Assembly (NCBI RefSeq): GCF_963921235.1
Contig: NC_086097.1
Coordinates: 206,772,001 to 206,836,000, forward strand
Origin: Mobula hypostoma
Taxonomy: Eukaryota
Length of the DNA: 64,000 bases
Direction: 5' to 3'
Position numbers and translations under genes: made by a program
Shown here: positions 38,990-52,884 of the stretch, in pieces
Layout: each line of letters begins with the position of its first letter
Numbering within the stretch: the stretch's first letter is position 1
Notes under the pieces: model-generated
What the model was told of the DNA's origin: nothing
What the model saw: the letters and a program-made list of their open reading frames with translations, nothing else
The model's database searches: none

Positions 38990-41900
38990 AAGCGGAGCGA
39001 CCATTGTCGGGAGCAGTCCAGTGGTGAGAGTAGAAGCGACAGACTTTAGCTCAAAGGAGGCTTTGGTTCGGAGGAAGCATCAGCTCTGTGTAAAGCATCT
39101 GTTAAAGTTTTCTTTTTATTTATCCCCCCCTCTTACTGTACCATTTGAATGGCTATGGTGTGCTCTACGTGCCGGATGTTGGAGAACTGGGAGACCCAGA
39201 GTCTCCCAGAGAATTACATCTGCCTGAAGTGCATCCAGCTGCAACTCCTTGAAGACCCTGTTAGGGATCTGGAGCAGCAACTGGATGACCTTCGGCTTGT
39301 ACAGGACAGTGAGGATTTAAATTGATCGAAGTTACAGGGAAGTAGTCACCCCGAAGTTGCAGGAGGCGAGTAGCTGGGTGACCGTCGGGAGAAATGGAAA
39401 TAGGCAGTTAGAGCAGAGCTCCCCTGTGGCCATTCCCACCAAAAACAAGTATAACATTTTCGATGGTTCTGTGGGGGATGAGGTCCTGGGAGATTGCCAC
39501 AGCGACCAGGTTACAGGCAGTGAGCATGGGTCCGTGGTGCAGAAAGGAAAGAGAGAGAAGAAGGAAGTGGTGATGTTAGGGGATTCAATAGTGAGAGGAA
39601 CTGACAGGAGATTCTGTGGACGTCAACAGGACACCCGGATGGTATATTGCCTCCCAGGTGCCAGGGTCAGGGATGTCTCAGATCGCATCCACAACATTTT
39701 GGAGAGGGAGGGGGAGCAGCCAGCTGTCTTGGGACATATTGGTACCAATGACATAGGAAGGAAAAGCAATGAGATCCTGAAAAGAGAATTTAGAGAGCTA
39801 GGTAGAAAGCTGAGAAGCAGGACCTGCCAGGTAGTAATTTAGTAATTTCTGAATTTCACGCACCAGTGAGGGTAAAATAGGATGATTTGGCAGATAAATG
39901 TGTGGCTGAGAAGCTGGTGCAGGAGGCAGGGCTTCAGGTTCGTGGATAATTGGGATCTCTTCTGGGGGAGGTATGACCTGTTCGAAAGCGACGGGTTGCA
40001 CCTGAACCCAAGGGAACCAATATTCTCATTGGCAGATTTGTTAGAGCTGTTGGGAGGGTTTAAGCTAACTTGGCAGGGGGGTGGCAACTGGAGTGAAGGG
40101 ATTCTAGATAGGACGGATGGTAAAAAATAAAGATAATGTGCAGTCAGATTGTCAGGAAGGGCAGGCAGGTGATGGGACTTAGTTGCAGCCAACAGGCTGA
40201 GTTTCAAATCATTAAGGATGCAGAATCAGAAAGGATAGCAAATGTGGTACTCAAGGTGTTGTATCTAAATGCACGTAGTATAAGAAATAAGGTGGATGAT
40301 CTTGTTGCAATATTACAGATTGCCAGGTATGATGTTTTGGCCATCATTGAATCGTGGCTGAAGGATGATTGTAGTTGGGAACTGAATGTCCGAGGTTACA
40401 TGTTATATCGGAGGGATAGGAAGGTAGGCAGAGGGGATGGTGTGGCTCTACTGGTAAGGAATGGAATCAAATCAGTAGAAAGATATGACATAGGATCAGA
40501 AGATGTTGAATCCTTGTGGGTTGAATTAAGAAACTGCAAGAGTAAAAGGACTCTGATGGCAGTTGTATACAGGCCTCCAAACAGCGGCTGGGACGTGACC
40601 ACAGGTTACAATAGGAAATAGAAAAGGTGGGTCAAAAGGGCAATGTTATGGTAGTCATGGTAGATTTTAACATGCAGGTCGATTAGGAAAATCAGGTTGG
40701 TAATGGATCTCAAGAGAGTGAGTTTGTTGAATGCCTAAGAGATAGCTTTTTAGAACAGTGAGCCCTCTAGGGGATCAGCTATACTGGATTGGGTTTATGT
40801 AATGAACCAGAGGTGATTAGGGAGATTAAGGTAAAAGAACCCTTAGGACCCAGTGATCACAATATGATCGAGTTCAACTTGAAATTTGATAGGGAGAAAG
40901 TAAAGTCTGATGTAGCAGTATTTCAGTGGAATATGGGAAATTACAGTGGTATGAGAGAGGAGATGGCCAAAGTAAACTGGAAGGAGCTTCTGGCAGGGAT
41001 GTCAGCAGAGCAGTGATGGCGTGTGTTTCTGGGAAATATGAGGAAGGTGCAGGACATACGTATTTCAAAACTGAAGAAATACTCAAATGGTAAAATAGTA
41101 CAACCGTGGCTGACAAGGGAAGTCAAGGCTATTGTAAAAGCAAAAGCAAGGGCATACAACAAAGAAAAAATTCGTGGGAAGATAGACGATTGGTAAGCTT
41201 TTATAAACCTACGGAGAGCAACCAAAAAAATTATTAGAAGGGAACAGATGAAATATGAAAGTAAGCTAGCAAATAATATCAAAGTGGATAGTAAAGGTTT
41301 GTTTAAGTATGTTAAAAATAAAAGAGAAATGAGGGTGGATACAGGACCGCTAGAAAAAGAGGCAGAAGAAATAATAACGGGGGACAAGGAGATGGCTGAT
41401 GAATTAAATGAGTATTTTGCATTAGTCTTCAAAGTGGAAGACACCAACAAAATGTCTGATGTTGTAGTGTGTGAAGGAAGAGAAGTGGTTGCAGTTACTG
41501 TTACAAGAGAGAAGGTGCTCATAAAGCTGAAAGACCTAAAGGTACATAAGTCACCTGGACCAGAGGAACTGCACCCTAGGATTCTGAAAGAGGTAACGTT
41601 AGAGATTGTGATAGGATTAGAAATGATCTTTCAAAAATCATTGGATTCTGGCATGGTGCCAGAGGACTGAAAACTTGCAGATGTTACTCTACTCTTTATG
41701 AAAGGAGGAAGGGAGCAGAAGGGAAATTATAGACCAGTTAGCCTGACCTCAGTGGTTGGGAAGATGATGAGTCAATTGGTAAGGATGAGGTGATGAAGTA
41801 CTTTGTGACACAGGACAAGATAGTACAAAGTCAGCGTGGTTTCCTTCAGGGAAAATCCTGCCTGACGAACCTGTTGGAATTCTTTGAGGAGATTACGAGA

Positions 41901-43131
41901 TTGAGGGGATGCAGTGGATGTTGCATATTTCAACTTTCAGAAGGCCTTTGACAAGGTGCCATACATGAGGCTGCTTACCAAGTTAAGACCCCGTGGTATT
42001 ACAGGGAAGTTACTAACATGGTTAGAACATTGACTGATTGGTAGGAGGCAGCGAGTGGGAATAAAAGGATCCTTTTCTGGTTGGCTGCCAGTGACTAGTG
42101 GTGTTCCGCAGGGGTCGGTGTTGGGACCACTTCTTTTTATGCTTTTTATAAATGATTTAGATGATGGAATATATGGCTTTGTTGCCAAGTTTTTAGATGA
42201 TATAAATATTGGTGCAGGGACAGGTAGTGTTGAGGAAACAGGTATGATGCAGAAGGACTTAGGTAGATTAGGAGAATGGGCAAGAAAGTGGCAAATGAAA
42301 TACAAAGTTGGAAAATGCAAGGTCATGCACTTTGGAAGTAGAAATAAATGTGCGGACTATTTTCTAAACAGGGAGATAATCCTGAAATCTGAGATGCAGA
42401 GAGACTTGGGAGTCCTTGTGGAGAACACCCTAAAGGTTAACTTGCAGATTGAGTCGGTAGTGAGGAAGGCAAATGCCATGTTAGCATTCATTTCAAGTGG
42501 TCTAGAATACACGAGCAAGGATGTGATGCTGAAGCTTTATAAGGCACTGGTGAGGCCTCCCCTTGAGTATTGTGAACAGTTTTGGGCCTCTCATTTTAGA
42601 AATGATGTACTGGCATTGGGGAGGATCCAGAGGAGTTTCACAAGGATGATTCCAGGAATGAAAGGGTTATCATACGAGGGAGCATTTGATGGCTCTGGGT
42701 CTGTACTTGCTGGAATTCAGAAGGATGAGTGGAGATCTCATTGAAACCTTTCTAATGTTGAAAGACCTAGACAGAGTAGATGTAGTAAGTATGTTTCCCA
42801 CTTGGTGGGAGGGTCTAGGACAAGAGGGCACAGCCTCAGGATAGAAGGGCGCCCTTTCAAAACAGATTTAGAGAAATTTCTTAAGAAATTTCAGTGGTGA
42901 ACTGGTGGAATTTGTTGCCACATGCAGGTGCGGAGGCCAGGTCATTAAGCGTATTTAAGGCAGAGATTCATAAGTTCTTGATTGGAAATGGCAACAAAGG
43001 TTATGGGGAGAAGGCCAGGAACTGGGGTTCAGGTGGAGATAGGGAAAAAAGGATCAGTCATGATTGAATGGTGGAGCAGATTCAATGGGACAGATAGCCT
43101 AATTTTGCTCCTATATTTTATGGTCTTATGA
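38990..43131 (+). mobile_element. Near full-length degraded CR1 LINE
   Basis: ORF1 with CSTC..CLKC Cys motif, coiled coil and GDSIVRG/HIGTND esterase. ORF2 with NARS, SDHN, QGSVLGP. TCTTATG tail. Confidence 0.92.
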
Positions 43132-43369
43132 TCTAAATTGTATAATATGATTGCACAATAGGCCTTGCCAGAATGACCAGTACTATACACATCGGAACAT
43201 TGTGCACACTCCTAACAAAATGGGTGCAGATGACAGACAGCACCACTTGCTTTGAGAATTAGTGTAGATTCTTAACAGAAATGTAATTTGTCCTCAGAAT
43301 CATTCAACCTAACGAAATTGATTGAAGTCACATCCACCAATGGAAAGGGAATATATAACTGTTTACAAA

Positions 43370-44510
43370 GTCAAAGTAAAATTTATTATCCAAGTATATA
43401 TATGTTATCATATACTACCTTGAGGTTCACTTACTTGCAGGAAAAATAGAGAAATACAATATCAGAAAAAATATATACAAATAAAACTGACAACCAATGT
43501 GCTAAAGAAGACAAATTATGCAAATAACAATATAAACAAGTAATGCACACCATTCAGGAGCTTGATGTTTGTAAGCGTAAGAACTATCCTGAACCTGGTG
43601 GTGTGGGACCTAAGACTTTTCAACGCCTGCCTATGGGAATTAGTGAGAAGAAAGTGTCGCCTGGTTGGCGAGAGTCCTTGATGATGGATACTTCCTTGTG
43701 GCAGTGCTCCGTGTACGGTACTGTGCAAAAGTCTTGGGCACATATATGTATAACTATGGTGCCCAGGACCTTTGCACAGGACTGTACTTGTCAACATGGA
43801 GCAAAGAGCAAGTTTGTAGATCTGACAGCAGCAAATGATGTTGGGAATGGTGAGGGTGGAGTGGTGTGGGAGGGCTGTGGGACAGGTAGCAGAGAAGGAG
43901 TGCCGGGGCAGATTCACACCCAGCCCCGAGACTCCATGCAAGGTAATTTGATTCCAAACAATTAGGTTATTGATCATTACAGAAGTCTTCCCGTTGTCTC
44001 CCCTCTCCATTCCCCTTTTGCCAACCATGATTCTCCTTTCCCTGCCTCCTTCCCGCTCTCAGTCCACAATAGAGACCCAAATCAGAATCAGGTTTATCAT
44101 CACTCACATATATCATGAATTTTTGTTTTGCAGCAGTAGCAGTACTGTGCAATACATAAAATTACTACTGTACTGTCCACAAGTCTTTAACACCCTAGCT
44201 ATGTACATGTGCCTGAGACTTTTGTACAGTAAATAGTGGAGAGAGTGTTTTGCCTGTGATGGACTGGGCAGTATCCACCACATTCTGTAGACTTTTCTGT
44301 TCCTGGTCGTTGGTGTTTTCATTCGGTCCATGATGCAATCAGACAGGATACGTTCATTGTGCACATATAGAAGTGTGCTGAAGTTTTTAGTGTCATGCCA
44401 AATCTATATAAACTTCAAAGAAAGGAGAGGTGCTGTTGTGCCTGCTTTGTGATGGCACATAATACTGGTCCCAAGACAGAACCTCTGATATGATAATACC
44501 ACTGCTGACA
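43370..44510 (-). mobile_element. Rex1-like LINE 3' relic interrupted by the composite Tc1-type element
   Basis: Minus-strand tail at 43370 and RT C-terminal similarity on both sides of 43716-44233. Confidence 0.55.
43716..44233 (-). mobile_element. Composite Tc1-type element bracketed by two about 67-bp mini-TIR units
   Basis: TA-CGGTACTGTGCAAAAGTCTTGGGCAC...GTGCCCAGGACCTTTGCACAGGACTG-TA (43716-43784) and a second degenerate unit at 44168-44233. Confidence 0.65.
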
Positions 44511-44649
44511 GGCATTTTACAGCTTGGAAAGTGTTAATGAAGCCATAGAGTAAAAAGCTACGGATAGTTCAATATTTCATGCTGCTGTACTAATTCAGGT
44601 TATATTTACAATATAATTATTTTTTGTTTCCCAAAGCAATATAGCACAA

Positions 44650-45981
44650 TGTCATGGTCCGGATCGGGGTCCCTTTAAATTTAGCTTGTTTATGTTACGA
44701 TCCGGACCGTTGATTCCCTGTTTTCCCGTGCCCCTCGACTTTGGTGATTAGAGGCAATTAACACTCGGCTGAACCGGTAGTTTATAGTCTCCGGCTTTCA
44801 GCCGTTTGGCGCGGGAGCATCTGCAAAGTCATCAAAGGTACGGTGTGCCGATGTCATCTGGCTGGAGCAAGCCTAGTCTCTGCCGAAGAGAGTGCCGGTT
44901 ATTCACCCTTCCTCACCGGAGCAATCCAGTCCAGTTACCTTGCCGAAGTGAGCCTGCAAGGTTCCCTCACCGAGGTGGGTCCATCAGTTAACCCGCCGGA
45001 GGGAATCAAGAACCGCTGTCTACTGTTCCCAGGCCGAGTCGAGAGCTCGCCACTACCTGGAGGCTCCAAGTCAAGTCCTGGCCCTGGCGGTTTCCAGTTC
45101 TGAGTCAAGTCCTGGCCCTGGCGGCCTGTGATTCCTGTCCTACCCCCTTGTCTGAATCCCTTCTCTGCCTCTCTCGCCTCTAGCCCTCGTCTGCAGCCCC
45201 CGCCTGCACTTTGGTCTAGTTCCATCACTGGAGCTAAATAGGTACTGTCTGGTGTTTATTTGTGTTGGTCTTGTCTTGTCTTGTCCTCGCCTCCGTGGGG
45301 TAAGTCAGGCCGTCTTGCTGTTGCTCTGCGGGGTGTCATGTTTTGTCTTGTCTTGTCCTCGCCTCCGTGGGGTAAGTCAGGCCGTCTTGCCGTTGCCCCG
45401 CGGGGGGGAGGGGTTCATGTCTTGTCGTGTCTTGACCTCGCCTCCATGGGGTAAGTCAGGCTGTCTTGCCGTTGCCCCGCGGAGGGTCATGCGTCCCGGC
45501 CCTATGTCCTGTACCCAAGGAGGGGTCCCGGCTCTCTGTTCTGTGTGTGAGTCCCAGCCCTATGCCCTGTACCCAAGGAGGGGTCTCGACTCTGTGTTCT
45601 GTGTATGTGTCCATGGTTCCATGTACCTGCTCCCCGAGACCGAGGCTCTGTGTTCCCATGTTCCTTCTCTCCCTAGCCCATGTCATGTCCTTGCCTGGTT
45701 CTGGGGTCTGAGCCCGGGGCAAGACCCAGGTACTGGGTCCTTGCCCAATCTCAGGCTCGGAGTCCATGCCCTAGCCTCTTCATGTCTCCTCTACTTCTGG
45801 GAGCCGATTTCGAGTCCTAGCCCAGACCCTTGGTCCCAGCCTAGTCGTAGTCCTCAGTCCGCTATTTCCTGCTCCTGCCTTGCTCTCCTGGTATCGACCA
45901 ATAAACTAAATCTAAGTAACATCACAGATGTGTCTTGCATTTGGGTCCACCCTTGCTCCCAAAGCCCCCGCCATTGTGACA
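44650..45981 (+). mobile_element. Young GC-rich solo LTR (Gypsy-like) with 5-bp TSD
   Basis: TGTCA...TGACA termini. CACAA at 44645-44649 and 45982-45986. AATAAA near 45900, many retained CpGs, internal tandem repeats. Confidence 0.85.
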
Positions 45982-46143
45982 CACAATTGATCAGCAGTAA
46001 CATATTGCAATAAATTCCTATATACTGATGCCGTAGAAGTATCAGCATATGCCAGCACTTACTAACTTTGGCAAGCTTAAACCCTTTACTTGTTTTCTAA
46101 TCTACCTTTAATGTGGTTCCTCTGTTTTTTTTTGCTGTTCCAG

Positions 46144-46355
46144 AGTACTTGCATTGGACTGAAATTGCTGACTGCCAAAGGAGTTGGATATAAGTCCAAG
46201 CTCTAATTGTTAAGTCATTTGGAAATATGGGCTAGACTTGAAAGGCCAGCATTGTCAACACCAGAAAAAATGGATGATACCATGTCACTCACGGGCAGAT
46301 TAGAAGCCACAGGAAAACTGAAGCAAAGAGTTCTGAAAAAAATGTTAGTAGAAAG
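46144..46355 (+). pseudogene. Exon-like segment of a decayed host gene
   Basis: Long pyrimidine tract plus CAG. 70 codons with a single TAA (46204-46206). AG|GTACAA donor in phase 2. Confidence 0.5.
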
Positions 46356-47112
46356 GTACAAATCAAAATTGATAAGATAAAATAAACAGTATATTGCAAG
46401 AGGTCTCTTATGAACAACCACAATCTGTTCTCTATGATCTGAGACCTTCCCCACGTATATATTGGCATCTGTAGTCTCTTGTGTCTCCACACCTTGTAGA
46501 ATGGGTCTGCAGTCTTTGAGAAACTGCTTTTCTTGAGTTGATTGTTTAAATTAGGTGTTGTAACATAGTACATAAATAAGCTATTGATATAACCAGACTG
46601 AACCTGATTGACTTTCTATTGTAACAATAGATACCCCATTGAAACAGTGATTAGGCAACTTAGATTCATAAATTGATGTGGTAAATTAGTCAAGCAAGCC
46701 CAATTCAAAATTCAGGCGTAACTAGATGGAACCTTCTCTGCCAAACATATTTATGTGGACTAATCAACCAATTCTAAAAGTTATTGTTATAGATTGGTGA
46801 CAAAAGGGCAACTTACCCCTTTTCTTCTCTTCTCTTCTCCTCACCTATCCGTCACCTCCCACTGGTGCCTCTCCTCCTTTCATTTCTCCCATGGTCCTAT
46901 CAAATTCCTTTTTCTGTAATACTTTTCCTCTTCAACCTATCAACTTCCAGCTTTTCACTGCATCCCTCCTCCCCCACAAACCCACCTAACATGGTGTCAC
47001 CTATCACCTGCCAGCTGATACTGCTTCCCCTCACCTCACCTCAGGATTCTGCCTTCTTCCCACTTCATTTCCAATTTTTATGAAGTGTCTCAGCACAATA
47101 TGTTGGCTGTTT

Positions 47113-48165
47113 TATTCAAGATTCAAAAAACTTTATTGTCATTCTAACCGTACATCAGCTCTGCAGGGCAGAATGAGACGGCATTTCCCAGGAGCAGTGC
47201 AATCATAACATAACAAACGCAACACTAAATAATAAACATAACAATAAATAGTAAAACACAACAGCCACATGTCAGTTAAAATCAAGTTATAAGTGTTCAG
47301 TGCAAGTTAAAATTGTCCAAAGCAGAGTCAGGTGGAGCAGCTATTTAGCAGTCTGACTGCCTGTGGGAGGAAGCTGTTTAGTAGCCTTGTGGTTTTAGTT
47401 TTGATGCTCCTGTAATGTTTGCCTGATGACAGAAGAACAAACAGTTCATGGAGAGGGTGTGAGGAGTCTTTAATGATGTACCATGTCTTCCTGAGGCATC
47501 GACTCTGAAAGAGGTCTTGGACAGAAGGTAGGGAGACCCCAATAACCTTCTCTGCTCCCCTAACCACCCTCTGCAAGGCTTTTTTGTCGACAGCACTGCA
47601 GCTGGAGTACCAGGTTGTGATGCAAAAGGTCAGCACACTCTCAACCACGCCTCTGTAGAATGTAGTTAAGATGTTAGTGGGGAGTGATGCTTGTTTAAGC
47701 TTCCTCAGAAAGTGCAGTCTCTGCTGGGCCCATTTCACAATGCCAGTGGTGTTCCTGAACGAGGTGAGATTGTCCGAGATCTGCACCCCAAGGAACTTGA
47801 TGTTTTCCACTCTCTCCACTGTGGAGCCGCTGATGCTGAGGGGTGTGTGCTCAGGCTGAGACCGTCTGAAATCGACGATCATCTCCTTGGTTTTGGTGAC
47901 ATTAAGCATCAAGCTGTTATCACTGCACCAGCTCTCTAGGTGTTTGACCTCCTCCCTGTACATTGTTTCATCATTTTTGCTGATGAACCCCACCACTGTG
48001 GTATCATCAGCAAATTTAATGATCAGGTTCTCCTTGAATCTGGCTGCACAGTCATGTGTTAGCAGTGTAAACAGCAATGGGCTAAGCACACAGCCTTGCG
48101 GGGATCCAGTGCTCAGTGTGATGGAGTCAGAGATGTTCCTGCCAACACGGACTGACTGTGGTCTC
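47113..48165 (-). mobile_element. Rex1/Babar LINE, 5'-truncated, open 253-aa RT C-terminus
   Basis: LSPLLFTL, KFADDTTVVG, KTKEMIVDFR, QQRLHFLRKL. (TCTTGAA) tail. Sits inside a Penelope terminus relic. Confidence 0.9.
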
Positions 48166-49401
48166 TCTCCATATACTGTATGCTGCCTGGCCTTCTCAGT
48201 TCCTCCATCATTTTATGTGTGTTGCTCTGGATTTACAGCAAATTGCAGGTCTGAGTTTGTTTGTCTTGAAGCTTAACCCCATTTAATAAGTTTATCTATA
48301 CTGCCTAGCCACAATGCACAAAATAATCTGCCTCTGAAATTCATTCCAGTGCCACAGCATGTGAACGTGATTCTGTGGCATCTTGAGCACTGCTAACCAC
48401 AAATGGATTTCTAAGGAGCTATTTTTGAGGGCCTCATTAAAAAAATAGTGTGATCCTCTGGCCTAATAATGAATCTTTAACCTGCAGTCACTTCATTTGA
48501 TATGAAATTATAATGAACTATTTTTATTGGAAGCTCATCTTCTGTTGGGATCATGTTGTAAAACATAAGAGCCTCCTGTCTAGACATTCATCCCTGGTAG
48601 AAAGCACAAAGTAGAATAACCAAACTTCCAAGGGTATAAAATATTAACCAACTGATAATGTAATTCAATGAATTCTGTGAATTAGATCCAATATAAGATT
48701 ACAGGAACTGTAATTTCCTGTTTCCATGCTGTGTAGCTCCATGACTCTATTTATGGGAAACACTGGAAAATGGGTGCAAGTCAAATAGGACAACTTGGTC
48801 AGCATGGTCCCATTGGAACAAATACCATGCTTCCATGCTGTATGAGGAACAAATTAATTACATTGAAAAAAATTAAGCACCTATAACTAATCCAATATTG
48901 TGCAGAAATACTTTAGTATTTGAATAATATTAGAGTTTTTCAGGATTAGTGCTTCTCAGAAAGTTCAGAATGACCAGGAACTATATTTCATAAACTGTTT
49001 CTCCATCTCTGAAGGCACTAGTTTATTGTTATACATATCTGTGGGTTTTCAGCATCTATTGATGTCCCACATTTTTCATGTTATGGATATTGATAATTTA
49101 GGTTGGCAGGCAAGTATATCAACTTGTGGTCATCCATAAAATAGGCATTTTAATCATGGGATGCATTGTTGCAAGAAGAAATATAGGAACCTGGAATAGC
49201 CTCTTACTAATCTGGGAGGTACGAATGCCAGTTCCAATCAAATTACATCACATGGTACAGGGTCAAAGTGTGCTGTCATAAACCACTCATATTAATACAA
49301 TTAGCATACAAAAAAAACGTTTCTATTTCATATGTTATCATGTTATTTATTTAGCATATTCTGTATGTACTGTAAATATTGCAGCTGAAAAACATTTTCA
49401 G

Positions 49402-49858
49402 ATTAAATAGATGAGGATTAACAAATGGAAAAGCAGAAAAATTTGAGGTCATGGAAAAGGAAATTCAGTACTATAGTTAGTAGAGAGCATGCAGTGTGAA
49501 AATATGTTATTTCAATAGGGACAGAATTGAAATATGCACTTTAAAAGATTCATGCTAACTTTCTGCTGATGTTTTCACAATTTTGTAACAGTCGCTTAGA
49601 AGCACTCCTTTTAGATTTATGGGAATATGAGCGTGCTCGCTACTCCTGTAATAACCTCATTTTGAAAAAAAACTGCAGAATTATGAAATGCTGTTTCAAG
49701 TCTTCTATTCAGCTTTATTTGCATTTGTCATTAATGTAAGCAGCTTTCAATATTTGTCAGTAATGTCAATGATGCAAATCATTTTGTCATTCTACACAGT
49801 AATCATCATTCTATTTTACTGATGATCCTTAATACTGAAATAACAACAGAATGTAGAG
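49402..49858 (+). pseudogene. Two exon-like segments (49402-49475; about 49615-49858)
   Basis: The first has TTTTCAG/GTTAGT ends, phase 2 in, and reads LNR*GLTNGKAEKFEVMEKEIQYY. The second ends ...NTEITTECR at AG|GTGAGT; its acceptor is uncertain. Confidence 0.4.
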
Positions 49859-50593
49859 GTGAGTACATTGCTCATCCATTGAAACCTATCTATAATTTCA
49901 AGGTCATTTGACCTATCTGGCTCATGTTATCCTTGAAGTCTCCAGTTTTGAACTCAGACTGATCATTTTAATTTCCTTAAGCTTTGATGTGACTTCACTA
50001 TCTTGAGTCAATAGTGTGTCCATTTTCATTTTTAAAACATCTGTTACAGTATATCAGCATTTATTAGAGCATAAGGCAGTCTATTTAATTACATAACCTC
50101 CTTAAATGCACGATCATTCAACTCAAAATTGACTCTCAATCTTCATAATCTCTCCAGTCTCTTTCAACACAAATAATTAATCTGTTCAACTTCTTAACTC
50201 CCTTTATGTTATTAAAATTGTGGATTAAAGGGGATGTATTGCTTCTATCAAAAGTTATTTTACTTTCCTTTTCTATTTGGCTGATGCACTATCCAATAAA
50301 AATACTTTATATATGTGTGGAAAAGATACTGGTAATATAATGGGCATTACATTTATATCAACAGAACTAAATAAATGGATATTTTTATCATTTAAAGATC
50401 AACAGTTTAGTTAAAAAATAATTTTAACCATCAGAATAAGATTAGTGATTTAGGCTACTTAACTTTCATAGCAAATTTTGGACAATATTTTATAAATTAT
50501 ATCAATAAAATGAGAGCTGTAATTACATCCACTTTCTAAGTTTCCTAGCTGGATATCCAGTCCAATCTAATGCTTAGGACTTCAACAATCCAA

Positions 50594-50662
50594 TAGACAG
50601 AGAGACAGAGAGACAGAAAGACAGAAAGACAGAGAGACAGAGAGACAGAGAGACAGAGAGAC

Positions 50663-50720
<58 letters not shown>
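50594..50720. repeat. Compound AGAC/AG microsatellite
   Basis: Directly visible. Confidence 0.95.
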
Positions 50721-50721
<1 letters not shown>

Positions 50722-50759
50722 TCAACAGGATGAGTTACAATGTAAAAGGCGGCGGCGAA

Positions 50760-52710
50760 GATCAAAACGGGGAATACAAGACTGAAGTTGTTATATTTGA
50801 GTGTGTGCAGTATACAGACTAAGGTTGGTGTAGCACAGTTGTAGATTGGCATGTATGATGTTGTAGGCATCAATGAATCATGGTTGAAAGAAGTTGTAGC
50901 TGGGAGCTTAATATCCAAGCTGTATTGAAAGGATATGCAGGAAGGCAGAGAGAGCAGCATTGCTCTATTGGTAAAAAAGTGAAATCAAATCAAAGAGGAT
51001 ACCAAAAGTTTCTTCAGATACTTAAAATATAAAAGAGAGGCAACAGTATATATAGGACAGCTATAAAACGATGCTGGAGAGGTAGCAGTGGGGCACAAGG
51101 AAATGGTGGATGAACTGAATCAGCATTTTGAATCAGTCTCCACTGTGGAAGACACTAGCAATATGGTGGAAGTTTCCAGTGTCTAAGGTCATGAAGTGTG
51201 TGAAGTTACCATTACCAGAGAGAATGTTCTTGGGAAACTGGAAGGTCTGAAAGTAGATAAGTCACCTGATGGTGTAGACCGCAGAGTTCTGAAAGAGATG
51301 GCTGAAGAGATTGTGGAGGTATTAGTAATGATCTTTCAAGGATTATTAGATTCTGAAACAGTTCCAGAAGACTGGAAAATTGCAAATGTCACTCCACTCT
51401 TCAAGAAGGGAGAGAGGCAGAAGAAAGGACACTATAGGCCAATTAGTCTGACCTCAGTGGTTGTGATGAAGTTGGAATAGATTATTAAAGATGAGGTCTC
51501 AGAGTACTTGGAGGCACATGATAAAATAGGCTTTAGTCAGCATGGTTTCTTCAAGGGAAAATCTTGCCTGACAAATCTGTTGGAATTCTTTGAAGAAATA
51601 ACAAACAGGATGGACAAGGGAGAATTGGTTGACGATGTGTATTTGGAATTTCAGAAGGTCTTTGACAAAGTGCTACACATGAGGCTGCTTAACAAGCTAT
51701 GAGCCCATGGTATTATAGGAGAGATTCCACCTTGGATAAAGCGGTGGCTGATTGGCAGGAGACAAATACTGGGAATAAAGGGAGACTTTCTGATTGGCTG
51801 CCGGTGACTAGTGGTGCTCCACAGGGGTCTGAGTTGGGACCACTTCTTCTTACGTTATATGTCAATGATTTGAATGGTGAAATTGATGGTTTTGCTGCAA
51901 AGTTTGTAGATGATACAAAGATAGTTGGAGGGCCAGGTAGTTTTGAGGAAGAAGAGAGGCTGCAGAAGGATTTAGACAGATTAGGAGAATGGACAAAGAA
52001 ATGGCAGTTGGAATACAGTGTCTGGGAAGAAATGAAATGGTTGACAGTTTCCTACATAGAAGGCAAATGCAATGTTAGCATATATTTTAAGAGGTCCAGG
52101 ATATAAAAGTAAGGATGCAATGTTGATACTTTATAAAGCACTGCTGATGCCTCACTTGGAGTATTGTGAGTAGCTTTGGGCACCTTTTCTTAGAAAGGAT
52201 GTGTTGAAACTGGAGTGGGTTCAAAGGAGTTTCACGAAAATGATTCCGGGATTGAATGGCTTGTCATATGAAGAGCATTTGATGGCTTTGGGCCTGTATT
52301 AACTAGAATTCAGAAGAATGTGGGGTGACCTCATTGAAACCTAGCGAATGATGAAAGACCATGATGGAGTGGATGTGGAGAGGATGTTTTCTATGGTGTG
52401 AGAGTCTAAGACCAGAGGACACAGCCTTAGATTAGAGGGGTGTCCTTTTAGAACGAAGATGAGGAGGAATTTCTTTAGCCAGAGAGTGGTGAATCTGTGG
52501 AATTCTTTGCCATAGGCAGCTGTGGAGGCCAAGTCCTTAAGTATATTTAAGGCAGAGGTTCATAGATTCTTGATTAGTCAGGGTAGGAGGGGATACAGGG
52601 AGAAGGCAGGATATTGGGGCTGAGAGGAAAATTGAATCAGCAATGATGAAATGGTGGAGAAGACTCGATGGCCAAATGGCCTAAATCTGCTCCTATATCT
52701 TATAGTCTTA
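50760..52710 (+). mobile_element. CR1 ORF2 relic with internal deletions
   Basis: PEDWKIANVTPLFKKG, QHGF..SCLTNL, GAPQGSELGP, KFVDDTK, and 3' UTR. Confidence 0.88.
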
Positions 52711-52884
52711 CGTATTCTGTTGCAGGTGACAACCAGGAGAATAGATAAAGGTAGTCCATTTGGACTCTCTCAAGTCTTTGAAAAAGAATCACACAAGAGA
52801 TTATTGAACAAAATTAAGCCATGTGTGGTCATGTGATCATAAACTAGTGGTGCATAAAGGGCAAGCCTTCTGACTTCTTTCAGC

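Noticed and set aside
45268..45490. CRISPR-like spaced repeats
   Set aside because: The intervening sequences resemble each other, the array lies inside a TSD-bounded LTR, there are no cas genes, and the context is eukaryotic.
45252..46013. 253-aa ORF
   Set aside because: Arises from GC-rich tandem repeats in the solo LTR; repetitive peptide with no domain.
50574..50960. 128-aa SL-repeat ORF
   Set aside because: Translation of a microsatellite plus antisense CR1.
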